Made by a program: the position numbers and the translations under genes. 64,000 nucleotides of DNA from Schmidtea polychroa (Eukaryota): assembly GCA_044892525.1 (NCBI GenBank), contig CM097885.1, positions 27,282,001 through 27,346,000 on the forward strand, given 5' to 3'. Below the pieces are notes generated by a model. That model did not search any database and was not told the origin of the DNA. It was given only the letters and a program-made list of their open reading frames with translations. This document shows, in pieces, positions 24,006 to 38,436 of this stretch (position 1 is its first letter; every line of letters starts with the position of its first letter).

Positions 24006-27000
24006 CTCTGAGTTTATCCGACAAAATATTCTGTCCCCCTATGGGTATTGCTCACAAGGGTACTACTCACATTCAACATGTCGCAAGGGTATTAGTCGTA
24101 AAGGTATTTAATGTTTTTATTTGAATGATTATTTAGGCAAATTTGTATAAGGCATTCATTGATAAATTTTAGAGTTGATGGTTTTATTCAAGTAAATTTC
24201 TATCTTTTTTGTGAATTTCTATTATTCTTGTGGATTTTTATCATTCTTGTGAATTTCTATCATTCTTGTGAATTTTTATCGTTTTTTGTGAATTTTTATC
24301 AATTTTGTGAATTTCTATTATTTTTGTGAATTTCCATTATTTTCATGAATTTCCGTAATTTTTGTGAATATCTGTAATTTAATGCTAATTCTAAGGTAAA
24401 TTTAATTAATTTCTTGATAATTGAATGTATTTTTATTGACTTGTTTTTTAATTTTAAATAAAAATTTATTTTTAATGAGGTTAATAATTAAAGTTTGTAC
24501 AATAATCAAGTGGTAGGATAAATTTTGATGAGGATATTGAATAATTTTCTAAGAATTTCATGTTGACTGATTAAAAGTTTTAATGGTGATAAATTTAATT
24601 GATAAATTTAATTAATTTCTTGATAATTAGTTGTATTTTATTGAATAGTTTTTAAATAAAAATTAATTTCATTGACAATTAGGTTAATAATTAAGTGATA
24701 GAATAAATTTCTGATGATAACTTTGTAATATATTTGAATAAATAATTTTTCAATAATTTTCTAAGAATATTTACACATTGATGATCTTTAAAAAACATAA
24801 GCTAAGAAACCAACTTTATCAATGACTTTAAATTTACGTGATAATTATTGTAGGATATAAAGAAATTTAGTTTGCTGTTATTGCTTGAAAATGATTGGCT
24901 GAATCGATGAAGAATTATGATCAATCAATATATATCATCTCCAGTATTTGATGGTAAATATTTGTAGAAAATTTAGTGAATTTTGATCTTTTAATGGGCT
25001 CTTATTATTTGTCTGGTTCTATAACAATTAATTAAAAGTCATATTTTTGAATTTCTCTGAGGATTTTAAGAGGATTGATATATATTAAAGGGCTCAAGTG
25101 GGCGGAATCTTTAGGGAAAATAAGGGATATAATCGGATAGATGTTTAAAAGGGTAGAATTATTTGCTGAGAGATCGGATAAGATGGGATATTGTCGGTTA
25201 AATTTAATGAGGGGGGTAGAAATATTTGCTGAGAGATCGGATAAGATGGGATATTGTCGGTGAGATTTAATGAGGGATGGGTTAAGATGGGAATATATGA
25301 TTTTTAAAGGGATATAGTCGGTTAGATTTAATGAGAGATCAGATAAGGTGGGAATATATGATTTTTTAAGGGGATATAGTCGGTTAGATTTAATGAGAGA
25401 TCAGATAAGATGGAAATATATCATTGTAAGGGAGATATAGTCGATTGATTTTAATGAGAGATCAGATAAGTTGGGAATATATCATTGTAAGGGGGATATA
25501 GTCGATTGAATTTAATGAGAGATGGGTTAAGATGGGAATATATGATTTTTTAAGTATGCTGTTGGTAAAATATCAATGTTTTAAGGGAAATGTCAATTAG
25601 TCAGTTATGTATCAATAATAATTATATTGTTTTATTAGGTTGTGATTAATTCATTGTATATGAATTTAGATTTATGTTTTAGAACAATGTCGATTTACTT
25701 GGTTTTGACGATGAAAACTTTACAGATAAATGGGATTGATATCAACTTTAATTTATTTTTATCTTTATTTAGGCGGAGAATGACAAAAGTTTAGAAATAT
25801 GGACTTAAAACATCGACTAAATAAAATTGATCTTTATTGGAAGGAATCTTGATTTTAATTAGTAATTAAATCGGTTGAATATTGGTAAAAATGATCATTT
25901 GAAGAAATATATTTTATTGAATGGATAAATTTAATCTTTCAATGGGACCTAGTCAGTTATATTGTAGTAATATTTATTTAAAATATCGAGTACAGTGATT
26001 AACAAAAAATTAATTATAACCAGTTTTATCATTAGATTTTATAAATTATTTAGGGTTAATGATTTTACATGTTTTATAGGGAAATATTCGTGATAATACG
26101 AATTAAAGTTAGAATTATAGTCATTTAAGGGATTTTAAGCAATCTTATTAGTCTGAGGTAAATATATAACCTTTTAAGGGTACTTGTCATTAAAATATCA
26201 ATCTTTAAGGATAGAGTTATTTCAATGAAATTTGATGCTTTTTAGATGATATTTGTAATAATACGAATTAAGGGTTGAAATATAGCCATTTAAGGGATTT
26301 TAAGGAATCTTGTTAGTTTGAGGTGAATATATGATCTTTAACAAGTACTTATCGATAAGATACTAATCTTAAAAGATAGTGTTATTTCAATGAAATTTGA
26401 TGCTTTTTAGATGATATTTGTAATAATATGAATTAAGGATAGAAATATAGTCATTTAAGGGGATTTTAAGGAATCTTGTTAGTTTGAGGTGAATATATGA
26501 TCTTTAACAAGTACTTATCATTAAAATACCAATCTTTAAATATTGATATATTTCAGGGAAAATGATTCTTTTTAGATGGTTTTATTAGAGAATTCACTTG
26601 GATATACCAATTATTGCTATTTAAATGAATTTACTGGTTTATTAGATGTTATCATTAGTTTTCTAGTCTCTCTTGGAATTTAATGATAATTATTTTTATT
26701 GTAGATTGCTGACTTTGATAATTGTAATGAATTTATACTGATTTTTTGAATATATTGAGAAATCAGTCAATCAATTTGAGTACATGTATTACTTTTAAAA
26801 AAATAATTAAAATTAATTTTATTTCAATTAATTTATTCAATCTAAATCAATTATCTACTAGATCTTATTTCAAAATTTTTATTAATTTATTATCTTAGTT
26901 GATTCATAATAACTTGAATGATCAATATTTTTTTTTATTTACTGGATGACTAGAATTTTTTTTTGTCCATTAATTTAATTTTTATGATATTTATTTCGAA

Positions 27001-27540
27001 TAATTTAAATTTTTACAATTATTTAATCAATTTTTACCAAGTTATTGATGTCTTGAGTTCAATTAATTTTCCATCTAATTTTTCAAGTGATGAGTATTTT
27101 CTTTTAAAGATCAATTTGTTAGTACATAGTTGTTAGTTGTAAGTAGTTGGTTGACTTTTTAGATTTTGATAAGAAAATAGTGTATGCGATGAAGAATATT
27201 TTGTATTTAATTGCTATTATTTTTATGTGTTGTTAGTTGATTGTTGGTACTAAGTTGTTGGTATCTTGTATTTGGTAGTTGGTACAGTGTTGTTTACTGA
27301 TTGTTATATAGTTGTAGGTTGATATTTGTTAATTTCTCGATGGGTTTTGATGGTGGTTGTTAGTAGTTGTTGTTTGAAACCTAGTGGTTAGTACTTAGTA
27401 GCTAGTTAATGGATAGGTTGTGGTTAAGTGTTACCAATACCCCTACGACTAGTACCTTTACGACCAGTACCCTTACGACTAATACCCTTACGACCTGTAC
27501 CCTTAGGGGGGTCAAAACATCCTGTCGGATAAACTCAGAG
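24006..27540. mobile_element. Mirror copy of the nested TIR element in right arm
   Basis: Same TIRs at 24006 and 27540; carries an extra ~155-bp internal repeat unit near 26380-26540. Confidence 0.65.
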
Positions 27541-27975
27541 TATATATAATAAAACTGATCAATAATAAGTATTTATTGAATGTGATTTTTACTTTGCAAT
27601 AATAAGTCAGTAGTTATCATTTAAAAGAAGAATGTTTTGTAAATTAGAATTCATTAGTCTTTCATTGTAATTATTTTGAATTCCACGTGGTGTTTTAAAG
27701 TGGTTGAGTTGTGGTTTTTTGATGAAAATCAACATTTTTGTTAAATTTAGACATTTTGAAAAGGTTTTTCTACTGATTGTAATTAAAATTATTATAGAAG
27801 CTGTATAAAAAATATTAATTTAAAAAGCATTTCATAAAATACAGTGAAGAATATTTAGTAGTTAGTTGTAAGTATCTGGTTGTTTGAGAGTTAGTTAGTA
27901 CGTGGTATCTAGTTGTAAGTATTTGTTAGCACCTAGTTAAAAAATAATCAGTAACCGATTGTTGGTAACTGTTGA

Positions 27976-28045
<70 letters not shown>

Positions 28046-30599
28046 CATTTAAATTTTCATTATAAATTACATTTCTCAAAAAAGTTGGTGGTTATTCAAT
28101 CTTTTGATAATAAAATTAAAAATCTTACTTTAATTTACTTATTACATTACTTATTTAAAAATTATTACTTTAATTAAATTCTTTAAAAATTATTACTTTA
28201 ATTTACTTATTTAACTTTAATTTAATTTTTTAGAACATTGATTACTTATTTTTAAAATTTGGACCTTAATTAACTTTAATTTAATTTTTTAATTTTAATT
28301 TACTTATCCTTAATTTACCTATTTATGCTTTATTACTTAATTTTACACCATAATTTACTAAATAACTAATTATAACCCTTATTTTCATATTTAACCAATA
28401 ATTTCATGTGGTCATCTGGTTGTAAGTGTTTGGTATCTAGTTGACAGTACTAGGTATCTTGTACTTGGTTGTTAGTACTTGGTTGATAATGCTTAGTGTC
28501 TGGTTGTATGTACTTGGTAGCTAGTTGTTAGTAACTAGTTGTAGGTAATTAATGCTTAGTAGTTGGTAACTGGTTGTTAGTACTTGGTAGGTGGTAGCTA
28601 GTTGGTTGTAGGTACTTAGTAGTTGGTTGATGATGCTTAGTACCTGGTTGATGTTGGTTGTAGGTACTTAGTAGTTGGTAATTAGTGCTTAGTACCTGGT
28701 TGATGTTGGTTGTAGGTACTTAGTAGTTGGTAGCTAGTTGGTTGCTATCAGGTAACTAGTTGTTAGTAACTAGTTGTAGGTATCTGGTTGTTAATACATG
28801 TTCGTAATTTACTGGTACTTGGTATCTAGTTGTTAGTTGTTAGCGGGTTGTTAGTAACTAGGTATCTAGTTGTTAGTACTTGGTTGATAATGCTTAGTAC
28901 CTGGTTGATGTTGGTTGTTAGTACTTAGTAGTTGGTAGCTAGTTGTTAGTAACTAGTTGTAAGTACTTGGTATCTGGTTGTTAGTTGTTATCTGGTTGTG
29001 AGTAGTTGGTATCAGGTTGTTAGCTGGTTGATAGTACTTGGTATCTGGTAATTAGTTGTAGGTACTTGGTTGTTTGAGAGTTATTTAGTACGTGGTATCT
29101 AGTTGTAGGTACTTGGTATCAGGTAACTGGTTGTTAGTAACTAGTTGTAAGTACTTGGTAGTTGGTTGTTAGTTGTTGGTATCAGGTTGTAAGCTGGTTG
29201 ATAGTACTTGGTATCTGGTAATTAGTTGTAAGTACTTGGTTGTTTGAGAGTTATTTAGTACGTGGTATCTAGTTGTTAGCTGGTTGTAGCTAGTTAATGG
29301 GTAGGTGGTTGTTAGTAGTTGGTATCAGGTAACTAGTTGTAGGTATCTAGTTGTAGGTATCTGGTATCAGGTAACTGATTGTTAGTAACTAGTTGTAGGT
29401 ATCTGGTTGTTAATACATGTTCATAAGTTACTGGTTGTTGGTACTAAGTTGTTGGTTTGTTGTTGAATTATTATTAAAATTTGTCTTTGAAAAATATTTC
29501 ATAAAAATTTTCATTAAAAATTATCTTAAAAATTTCCATCTAAAATTATCATTGAAAAATATTTCATAAAAATTTCCATCTAAAATTATCATTGAAAAAT
29601 ATTTCATAAAAATTTCCATTAAAAATTACTTAAAAAATTATTCCATAAAAATTTCCATTAAAAATTACCATTGAAAAATATTTCATTAAAATTTCTATTA
29701 AAAATTACTTAAAAATTATTTCATAAAAATTTTCATTAAAAAATTTCAATTCTCAAACACCTTCTATTATTTTGTAATTAAATTTTAAAATCTTACTTTA
29801 ATTTACTTATTACATTACTTTAATTTACTTATTTAAAAATTATTACTTTAATTTACTTATTTAAAATTTTTTTACCATTGATTACTTAATTTAAAAATTT
29901 GGACCATTATTTACTTTAATTTAATTTTTAGAACCTTAATTTACTTTAATTTAAAAATTTGGACCATAATTTACTTTAATTGAAAAATATGGACCATAAT
30001 TTACTGTAATTTAATATTTTAGAACCATAATTTACTTTAATTTAATTTTTAGAACCATTATTTACTGTAATTTAATTTTTTAGGACCATTATTACCTTAT
30101 TTGAAACTTTGATCCATAATTTACTTTAATTTAATTTTTTAGAACCATTATTTACTTTAATTTAAAAATTTGAGCCATAATTTACTATAATTTAATTTTT
30201 AGAACCATAATTTACTGTAATTCAATTTTTAGAACCATTATTTACTGTAATTGAAAAATTTGAGCCATAATTTACTGTAATTTAATTTTTTAGAACCATT
30301 ATTTACTGTAATTTAATTTTTTAGGACCATTATTTACTGTAATTGAAAAATTTGAGCCATAATTTACTGTAATTTAATTTTTTGAACCATTATTTACTGT
30401 AATTTAATTTTTTTGGACCATTATTTACTGTAATTTAATTTTTAGAACCATAATTTACTGTAATTCAATTTTTAGGACTATAATTTACTGTATTTGAAAA
30501 ATTTACCATGTTTTTTAGTGTAGACCACCTTTTTCTCAGGACCAAGGAGACTCACCTTAATTTAATTCGAAAAATCCATGCTTTTTTATTGATAGTCGG

Positions 30600-31380
30600 A
30601 TTTTTGTATTGAAAATATCCTGAGACCTTAAATTACCACGTTTTTTTAGTGTAGACCAGCTTTTTGTATTGAAAAATTTTTTTGTATTGAAAATCCCAGG
30701 ACCATCGAGACCCCCTCACTATAGTCTGAAAAATCCTTGGCTTTTTTAGTGGTAGTCGGATTTTTGTATTGAAAATATCCTGAGACCTTAAATTACCATG
30801 CTTTTTTAGTGTAGACCACCTATTTCTCAGGACCAAGGAGACTCACCTCACTATACTCTGAAAAATCCTTGGCTTTTTTAGTGGTAGTCGGATTTTTGTA
30901 TTGAAAATATCCTGAGACCTTAAATTACCATGCTTTTTAGTGTAGACCACCTATTTCTCAGGACCAAGGAGACTCACCTCACTATAGTCTGAAAAATCCT
31001 TGGCTTTTTTAGTGGTAGTCGGATTTTTGTATTGAAAATATCCTGAGACCTTAAATTACCATGCTTTTTTTGTATAGACCACCTATTTCTCAGGACCAAG
31101 GAGACTCACCTCACTATACTCTGAAAAATCCTTGGCTTTTTAGTGGTAGTCGGATTTTTGTATTGAAAATATCCTGAGACCTTAAATTACCATGCTTTTT
31201 AGTGTAGACCACCTATTTCTCAGGACCAAGGAGACTCACCTCACTATAGTCTGAAAAATCCTTGGCTTTTTTAGTGGTAGTCGGATTTTTGTATTGAAAA
31301 TATCCTGAGACCTTAAATTACCATGCTTTTTTAGTGTAGACCACCTATTTCTCAGGACCAAGGAGACTCACCTCACTATA
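30600..31380. repeat. ~131-bp tandem repeat expansion specific to the right arm
   Basis: tgagaccttaaattacca recurs at 30781, 30913, 31044, 31175 and 31306. Confidence 0.9.
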
Positions 31381-32168
31381 GCGTGATAAATCCTTGGCTT
31401 TTTTATTGATAGTAGGATTTTTGTATAGAAAAAAATTTTATTTGTATTGAAAATCCCAGGACCATCGAGACCCCCTCACTATAGTGTGAATAATCCTTGA
31501 CTTTTTTATTGATAGTCGGATTTTTGTATAGAAATTCCCAGGACCATCAAGACCCTCTCACTATAGTGTGATAAAAAAAAATTTGGACCAAAAATCCCTG
31601 AAAGCAAAAAAATGAGTTGGGAACAATTGCGTAATAAAAATTTGGGAACAAACCCCCCCCCCCCCCCCCGGGGGGGGGTAATTGTTCCCGTAGGCCACTA
31701 TCTACCTACTTTTTTGATACTCACGAATTTTCGGCACTGTCTCGGCACTATACCAAGATGGCAAATCACACGAGTCCTTCGCTACAATTTAGTCTAACCA
31801 AACTGATATCCATGGTCATGCACTATTTTTTTTAAATTCAAAAGTTTATTGTAATCATATATTAATCGCCAATTAATATATACTCAGTTTCAACTTAAAA
31901 TTACTTTTTTAATCACAAATATGTCTTATCTTTATCATGAATTATATTTTACAAAATAATCATTTTTAAATATTCATCATTGAATTTTACCAATTTGTTA
32001 TCCAAATTAAATTCATAATTACTTATTGTAAATAAATAAATAAATGTTTTAAGAACAAATAATAATAATTTAATATTTTTACAATTTTGAATTTAAGACT
32101 TAAGAACCATAAACTTTTAACAAGTAGTTTGTTTTAAATATTACACATAATTGAATTAGATTCAAAAA

Positions 32169-35100
32169 ATGTTGAAATTAATTATCATTTGTATTTCTAT
32201 ATTAAATTCCATATTATGTATTGACAAACCTCGAGGAATACCATTTTCAAGTATATCATATTTGTTAATAAACTAAAAAATATTAAAATTTTAGAATTAT
32301 CATTATATCAGCCAAATAGTCCATTTAAGTGTCTTGATGGATCAGGAGTAATAAGTTGGATGAAAGTAAATGATGATTATTGTGACTGTCGTGATGCAAC
32401 TGATGAGCCTGGTACGTCTGCATGTTCTAATGGTGTTTTTCAATGCGATAACAAGGGCCACAAACCTCAAATTATACTTTCATCTCGTGTTAATGATGGT
32501 GTATGTGATTGTTGCGATGGCCAAGATGAATACTCTGGAATAATAAATTGCACTAATACATGCTGGTAATTAAATGTGTTATCAAAACCAGTGATGACAA
32601 CTTTCTCAGGGAACTAGGTGCAATTGCTAGAGAGGAAATGAAACGCAATAAGGAAGCTGCTGAAAAAGGACACAAAATATATCAAGAATACATAAAGCAG
32701 GTAAATTAAATAGACAAATGGAAATGAAAACTAAAACATAAAAAATTTTGAAGTATGAGACATCGGTAACAGAAAAGAAATCTCGACTAGAAGCGATTAA
32801 TGAGCAATTTAAAGTTCTCAGTGAAGAAAAGCTCGTTGCAGAACGATCAAAAACAGATTCTGAAAATAATGAATCAGAAGCCAAACGGATTTTTGAAGAA
32901 AATTGGAAAAATTTACAAGCGGAAAATGAAACAAAATTGGAACGCTATAAAATATCTAAAGCTTTTAAGGAATTGGATTTCGATGTTAATGAAAGGTTAA
33001 TATAAAACTGAAGTAAATGGATTCAATATTTTCTATAGAGTAACATTTGAAGAATTACAAAGCCATCATGAATTTGATATCGATCAAAATGGAGATGTTT
33101 CACCCGAGGAGGCCAAAGTAGATTTTATTTATTAGCTTTTTTTATTACAGTAATTAAAATAATTAATATTTAAAAATCATAAATCACGTGACACTGACGT
33201 AATTGTCTTTGTTGTTTCTTTTCAAATAACTTTGACTCACAAAGTACCAATCAATACCGCTGTGTGTACATGCATGTATTTAACATGATTTTATTGGCCA
33301 ATGTTCAAAATTGACTTAAATATTGTATCCAATAAGGAAAAGGAATGCATTAAGAAGCAACCAATGAAAATTGATTAAAATACTTTTTTTAATTTTTTAT
33401 CTTTTTCTATAAATTTATCGTATTTTCTGTATTGTTTTAATGATTTGAGAATGAAATGATTATTTTTAACGATAATTTTCAAATTTATTGGGATATATTG
33501 ATAGATTAAGCCCTCTCATGAGAACAGCCGGTTGAGGGGGGGAGTAGACGCGATAAAAGCGAGGCGATAACTTCTCGATGTCGGTAAATAATGAAAGAGA
33601 AAACTAGTGATAAAACTCCAAAATTTAACACATTTCTGGTGTGCTGTTAAGGGCCTTACTCAGGATATTGGGGAGGGGGGAGGGGGAGGAGGCACAATGC
33701 ACAGGGCTGTTGGGCAAACACAATTGCGTTTTATCCAAAATCCGTAATATTTACAAAGCAAATCCAATAAAAATCTAAACAAATATTGAATTATTTGGTA
33801 CCCATTTATCAGGCAGCTTTGTACGTGTATTATAAGGAAGTACAATCTAACAAGGTCACTACAGAGCTGAATTCTTTAAAATTAACAAGAGTGAAACATT
33901 TGCAGATATTTTCTACTTCTCCCTAAACATAGATTTCCGAATTGCAGAGGGTATTGTAAAAGGTAACAGAAGTACATAAAGCGGTCCCGGGTTTACAAAC
34001 CGCTTACAATTACTTGCTTACGCAATCAGTTGCATCACTATTCAACCTGCATAGAATCGCAACTTGCCTATTTTATTGTCGTTATTAAAATGTGGAATAT
34101 TAGTTGAACTAATGAGCATCATTGTTATTATTATCAAGGAGTACTTGAGTGAAAGGGAATCGGTAAATGAGCTTGAATTCACTGAAATTGTCTGGCCGAA
34201 TATCAAACAAATATTCAAATTCAAAGAAAGAGCAGAAAACGATTTGCGTCATGATTTCGACGGGGCAGTTCCTGATCCAGTCGATCAAGCCCCAGAAGAT
34301 GAAAAACTCCCCGAAGAAACTCCGCCTGAAGAGCCAGTTAAAATGGAATATGATGACGAGACAAATAGACTCATTTCCAGTAAAGCGTTATTTTGTCTCA
34401 ATAAACAATGTCCTTATTACCAATTGTGATTTTTCCAGTTGCCAATGACGCCCGGAACAGTTACAACGAATTGAATGAGAAATTTATGAAACTGGAGAAC
34501 GAGAAAAAGTTTGATTTTTTTTAAAAATTTCGATTTTTCAAATAATCTAATCGATTATCGATTTTCTAATTTATTCTCCCTTTATATTGTTACAACTGTA
34601 AATAATTTATTTCGTGAATTCATCTTTCTTAACCAAATTCAAGAACCACTGGAACCACGAGGACCCTATAGGAATTACAAAACCGGATCCTACAACCTTG
34701 ACCTAATATAATATCTATAGCTCACCACAGTTGTTTAAATCAGTTTTTCTCAACCGGGAGCCACATGAACCCTTAGGAGGACCACAGCGCAAAATCAGGC
34801 ACTTGGGGCCACTGCGCGGTCAAAATAGACAAATATGAAAGCAATTACAATTCAATATTTATTTTATGATAAAAATATCAATTAATAAATATTTAATAAT
34901 TTAAATTGATATTGATATAATAAATCGATTTAATAAATGATATTTGCATTTATAATAATAATAATAATATTTCATGAAAGTTTAAAGCTGTAGGTTTACA
35001 CAATTTGTAAGCATCTGAATTGAGTCACATTTCCTAAGTTATTTATTATAACTACTTGTCAATATCAAGTAAAGTGGCACTCAGACATCCTCCTACCTAC

Positions 35101-38100
35101 TCGTCTAGTGGCACCAAGTAACAGAATAAAATATAAAATGTTGATATAAAGTTGGAATTACATGCAGGATAAAGGGAAAGTATAAAAAATAGTTATGAAT
35201 ATTGATAATCAAACTCAATAACTCCATTGAAAATACAAAACCGAATCCAAATATGTAATTTTTTATTAATCGAAACCATTTAAAGCTTCCAGGGTTTTAA
35301 TAAACTATTTGACACGTTTATATCCAATATTAATCAACTAGAAGCGAAAGAGAATCTCAGGAGAGCCACAGTGCAAAAACAGACATTCTCTGGGGGAAGT
35401 CGCCCCACAGTCAAAATAAAAAATATGAAAACAAATACAATTCAGTACTTATTTTATGATTAAAATAGAATCATAAATATTCAATAATTGAAATCGATAT
35501 TGATATAATAAATTGATCTAATAAATGATATTTCAATAATAATAATAGTGATAATTTATGGAAAATAGGAAGAATTTAATGAAAATAATATATAGATGAA
35601 ATATAGTCAATGATATATAGATGATATATAGATGATATATAGATGATATATAGATGATATATAGATGATATATTGATATGTCGATGATATTTAGACGATA
35701 TATAGATGATATATAGACGATATATAGATGATATATAGATGATATATAGATGATATATAGATGATATATAGATTATATATACATGATATATAGATGATAT
35801 ATTGATGATATATTGATATGTCGATGATATTTAGACGATATATAGATGATATATAGACGATATATGGATGATATATAGATGATATATAGATGATATATAG
35901 ATGATATATTGATGATATATTGATGATATATTGATATGTCGATGATATATAGATGATATATAGACTATATATAGATGATATATAGATGATATATAGATGA
36001 TATATTGATATGTCGATGATATTTAGACGATATATAGATGATATATAGAAGTCGCCCCACAGTCAAAATAAAAAATATGAAAACAAATGCAATTCAGTAC
36101 TTATTTTATGATTAAAATAGAGTCATAAATATTTAATAATTGAAATCGATATTGATAGAATAAATTGATCTAATAGATGATATTTCAATAATAATAATAG
36201 TAATAATTTATGGAAAATAGGAAGAATTTAATGAAAATAATATATAGATGAAATATAGTCAATGATATATAGATGATATATAGATGATATATAGATGATA
36301 TATAGATGATATATAGATGATATATTGATATGTCGATGATATTTAGACGATATATAGATGATATATAGACGATATATAGATGATATATAGATGATATATA
36401 GATGATATATAGATTATATATAGATGATATATAGATGATATATAGATGATATATAGATGATATATAGATGATATATTGATATGTCGATGATATTTAGACG
36501 ATATATAGATGATATATAGACGATATATAGATGATATATAGACGATATATAGATGATATATAGATGATATATAGATGATATATAGATTATATATAGATGA
36601 TATATAGATGATATATAGATGATATATAGATGATATATTGATATGTCGATGATATTTAGACGATATATAGATGATATATAGACGATATATAGATGATATA
36701 TAGATGATATATAGATGATATATAGATTATATATAGATGATATATAGATGATATATAGATGATATATAGATGATATATAGATGATATATAGATTATATAT
36801 AGATGATATATAGATGATATATAGATGATATATAGATGATATATAGATGATATATAGATGATATATTGATATGTCGATGATATTTAGACGATATATAGAT
36901 GATATATAGACGATATATAGATGATATATAGACGATATATAGATGATATATAGATGATATATAGATGATATATAGATTATATATAGATGATATATAGATG
37001 ATATATAGATGATATATAGATGATATATTGATATGTCGATGATATTTAGACGATATATAGATGATATATAGACGATATATGGATGATATATAGATGATAT
37101 ATAGATGATATATTGATGATATATTGATGATATATAGACGATATATAGATGATATATAGATGATATATAGATGATATATAGATGATATATAGATGATATA
37201 TTGATATGTCGATGATATTTAGACGATATATAGATGATATATAGATGATATATAGATGATATATTGATGATATATAGATTATATATACATGATATATAGA
37301 TGATATATTGATGATATATTGATATGTCGATGATATTTAGACGATATATAGATGATATATAGATGATATATAGATGATATATAGATGATATATTGATGAT
37401 ATATAGATTATATATACATGATATATAGATGATATATTGATATGTCGATGATATTTAGACGATATATAGATGATATATAGATGATATATAGATGATATAT
37501 TGATGATATATAGATTATATATACATGATATATAGATGATATATTGATGATATATTGATATGTCGATGATATTTAGACGATATATAGATGATATATAGAT
37601 GATATATAGATGATATATAGATGATATATTGATGATATATAGATTATATATACATGATATATAGATGATATATTGATGATATATTGATATGTCGATGATA
37701 TTTAGACGATATATAGATGATATATAGATGATATATAGATGATAGACATGTGATCAATATGTGATAGATATATTATAGACATAAAAATGATTGATTTATA
37801 GATATATAGATCACCTATTTTTCAATTAATATAATTCGAACAATTTGATCGATAGTGTAAAATGAATGAAACTAAATGAAATTGTTAAAAATCAATATTT
37901 GAGAAAGATTAAATATTTAAATAAATCATCAAAACTTATCGATTGCAAAATTACCAATGTGATTTTTTATCATTATAGGGCTATAGAAAATCTTTTGAAT
38001 ATTGATTATGGACCGAGCTCAGCCTTCTATAAGCTAGCCGAGGACGACACATGTTACGAACTAACTGACCGGGAATATATTTATAAACTATGCCCATTTA

Positions 38101-38436
38101 AAAAAACTAGTCAAATGTCTAAGGATTCCGGCCCAGAAACGGAGCTTGGTAAATGGGGACATTGGGGCGGTGAGGAGAACCAATATTCAATGCAGGTCTA
38201 TGATAATGGGTTACCGTGCTGGAATGGGCCCAACCGGCAGACAAAGGTGAGAATCAGTCCCGCAAATGTCCCGCAATTATTGACCATAACTCATTCAGGT
38301 AATGATTTACTGTGGCGTAGACAACAAATTAACAGAGGCATCGGAACCGAGCAGGTGCGAATACCTTTTCAAATTTGAGACGCCATCAGCTTGTGATAAA
38401 TCTTCTGAGCAGTTGAATGATCACGATGAGTTATGA
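32169..38436 (+). CDS. PRKCSH: Glucosidase II beta subunit; exons 32169-32250, 32295-32565, 32610-32700, 32754-32995, 33039-33117, 34139-34379, 34439-34508, 37979-38246, 38299-38436
   Basis: Signal peptide plus PRGI; LDLa-like VNDDYCDC...DEPGTSAC...[19 protein letters not shown]-hand-like [15 protein letters not shown] domain EYIYKLCPF...CWNGPNR...EPSRCEY; C-terminal HDEL-stop. All introns are GT-AG and keep the frame. Confidence 0.95.
35590..37745. repeat. 11-bp satellite (GATGATATATA)n in PRKCSH intron 7, in two blocks
   Basis: Arrays at ~35590-36047 and ~36240-37745; each is preceded by a copy of the same ~200-bp unique segment (starting 35397 and 36048). Confidence 0.95.

Larger units (their letters stand above)
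14702..31710. mobile_element. 17-kb non-coding foldback element with Polinton/Maverick-type ends
   Basis: Termini AGTAGGTAGATAGTGGCC...GGCCACTATCTACCTACT; 6-bp TSD TTTTTG (14696-14701, 31711-31716). Arms 14702-22438 and 23402-31710 are inverted copies around a ~960-bp spacer. No credible ORF. Confidence 0.85.

Noticed and set aside
27959..28177. Poly-Leu ORFs (also 61237-61449)
   Set aside because: Produced by (TTA)n microsatellites.
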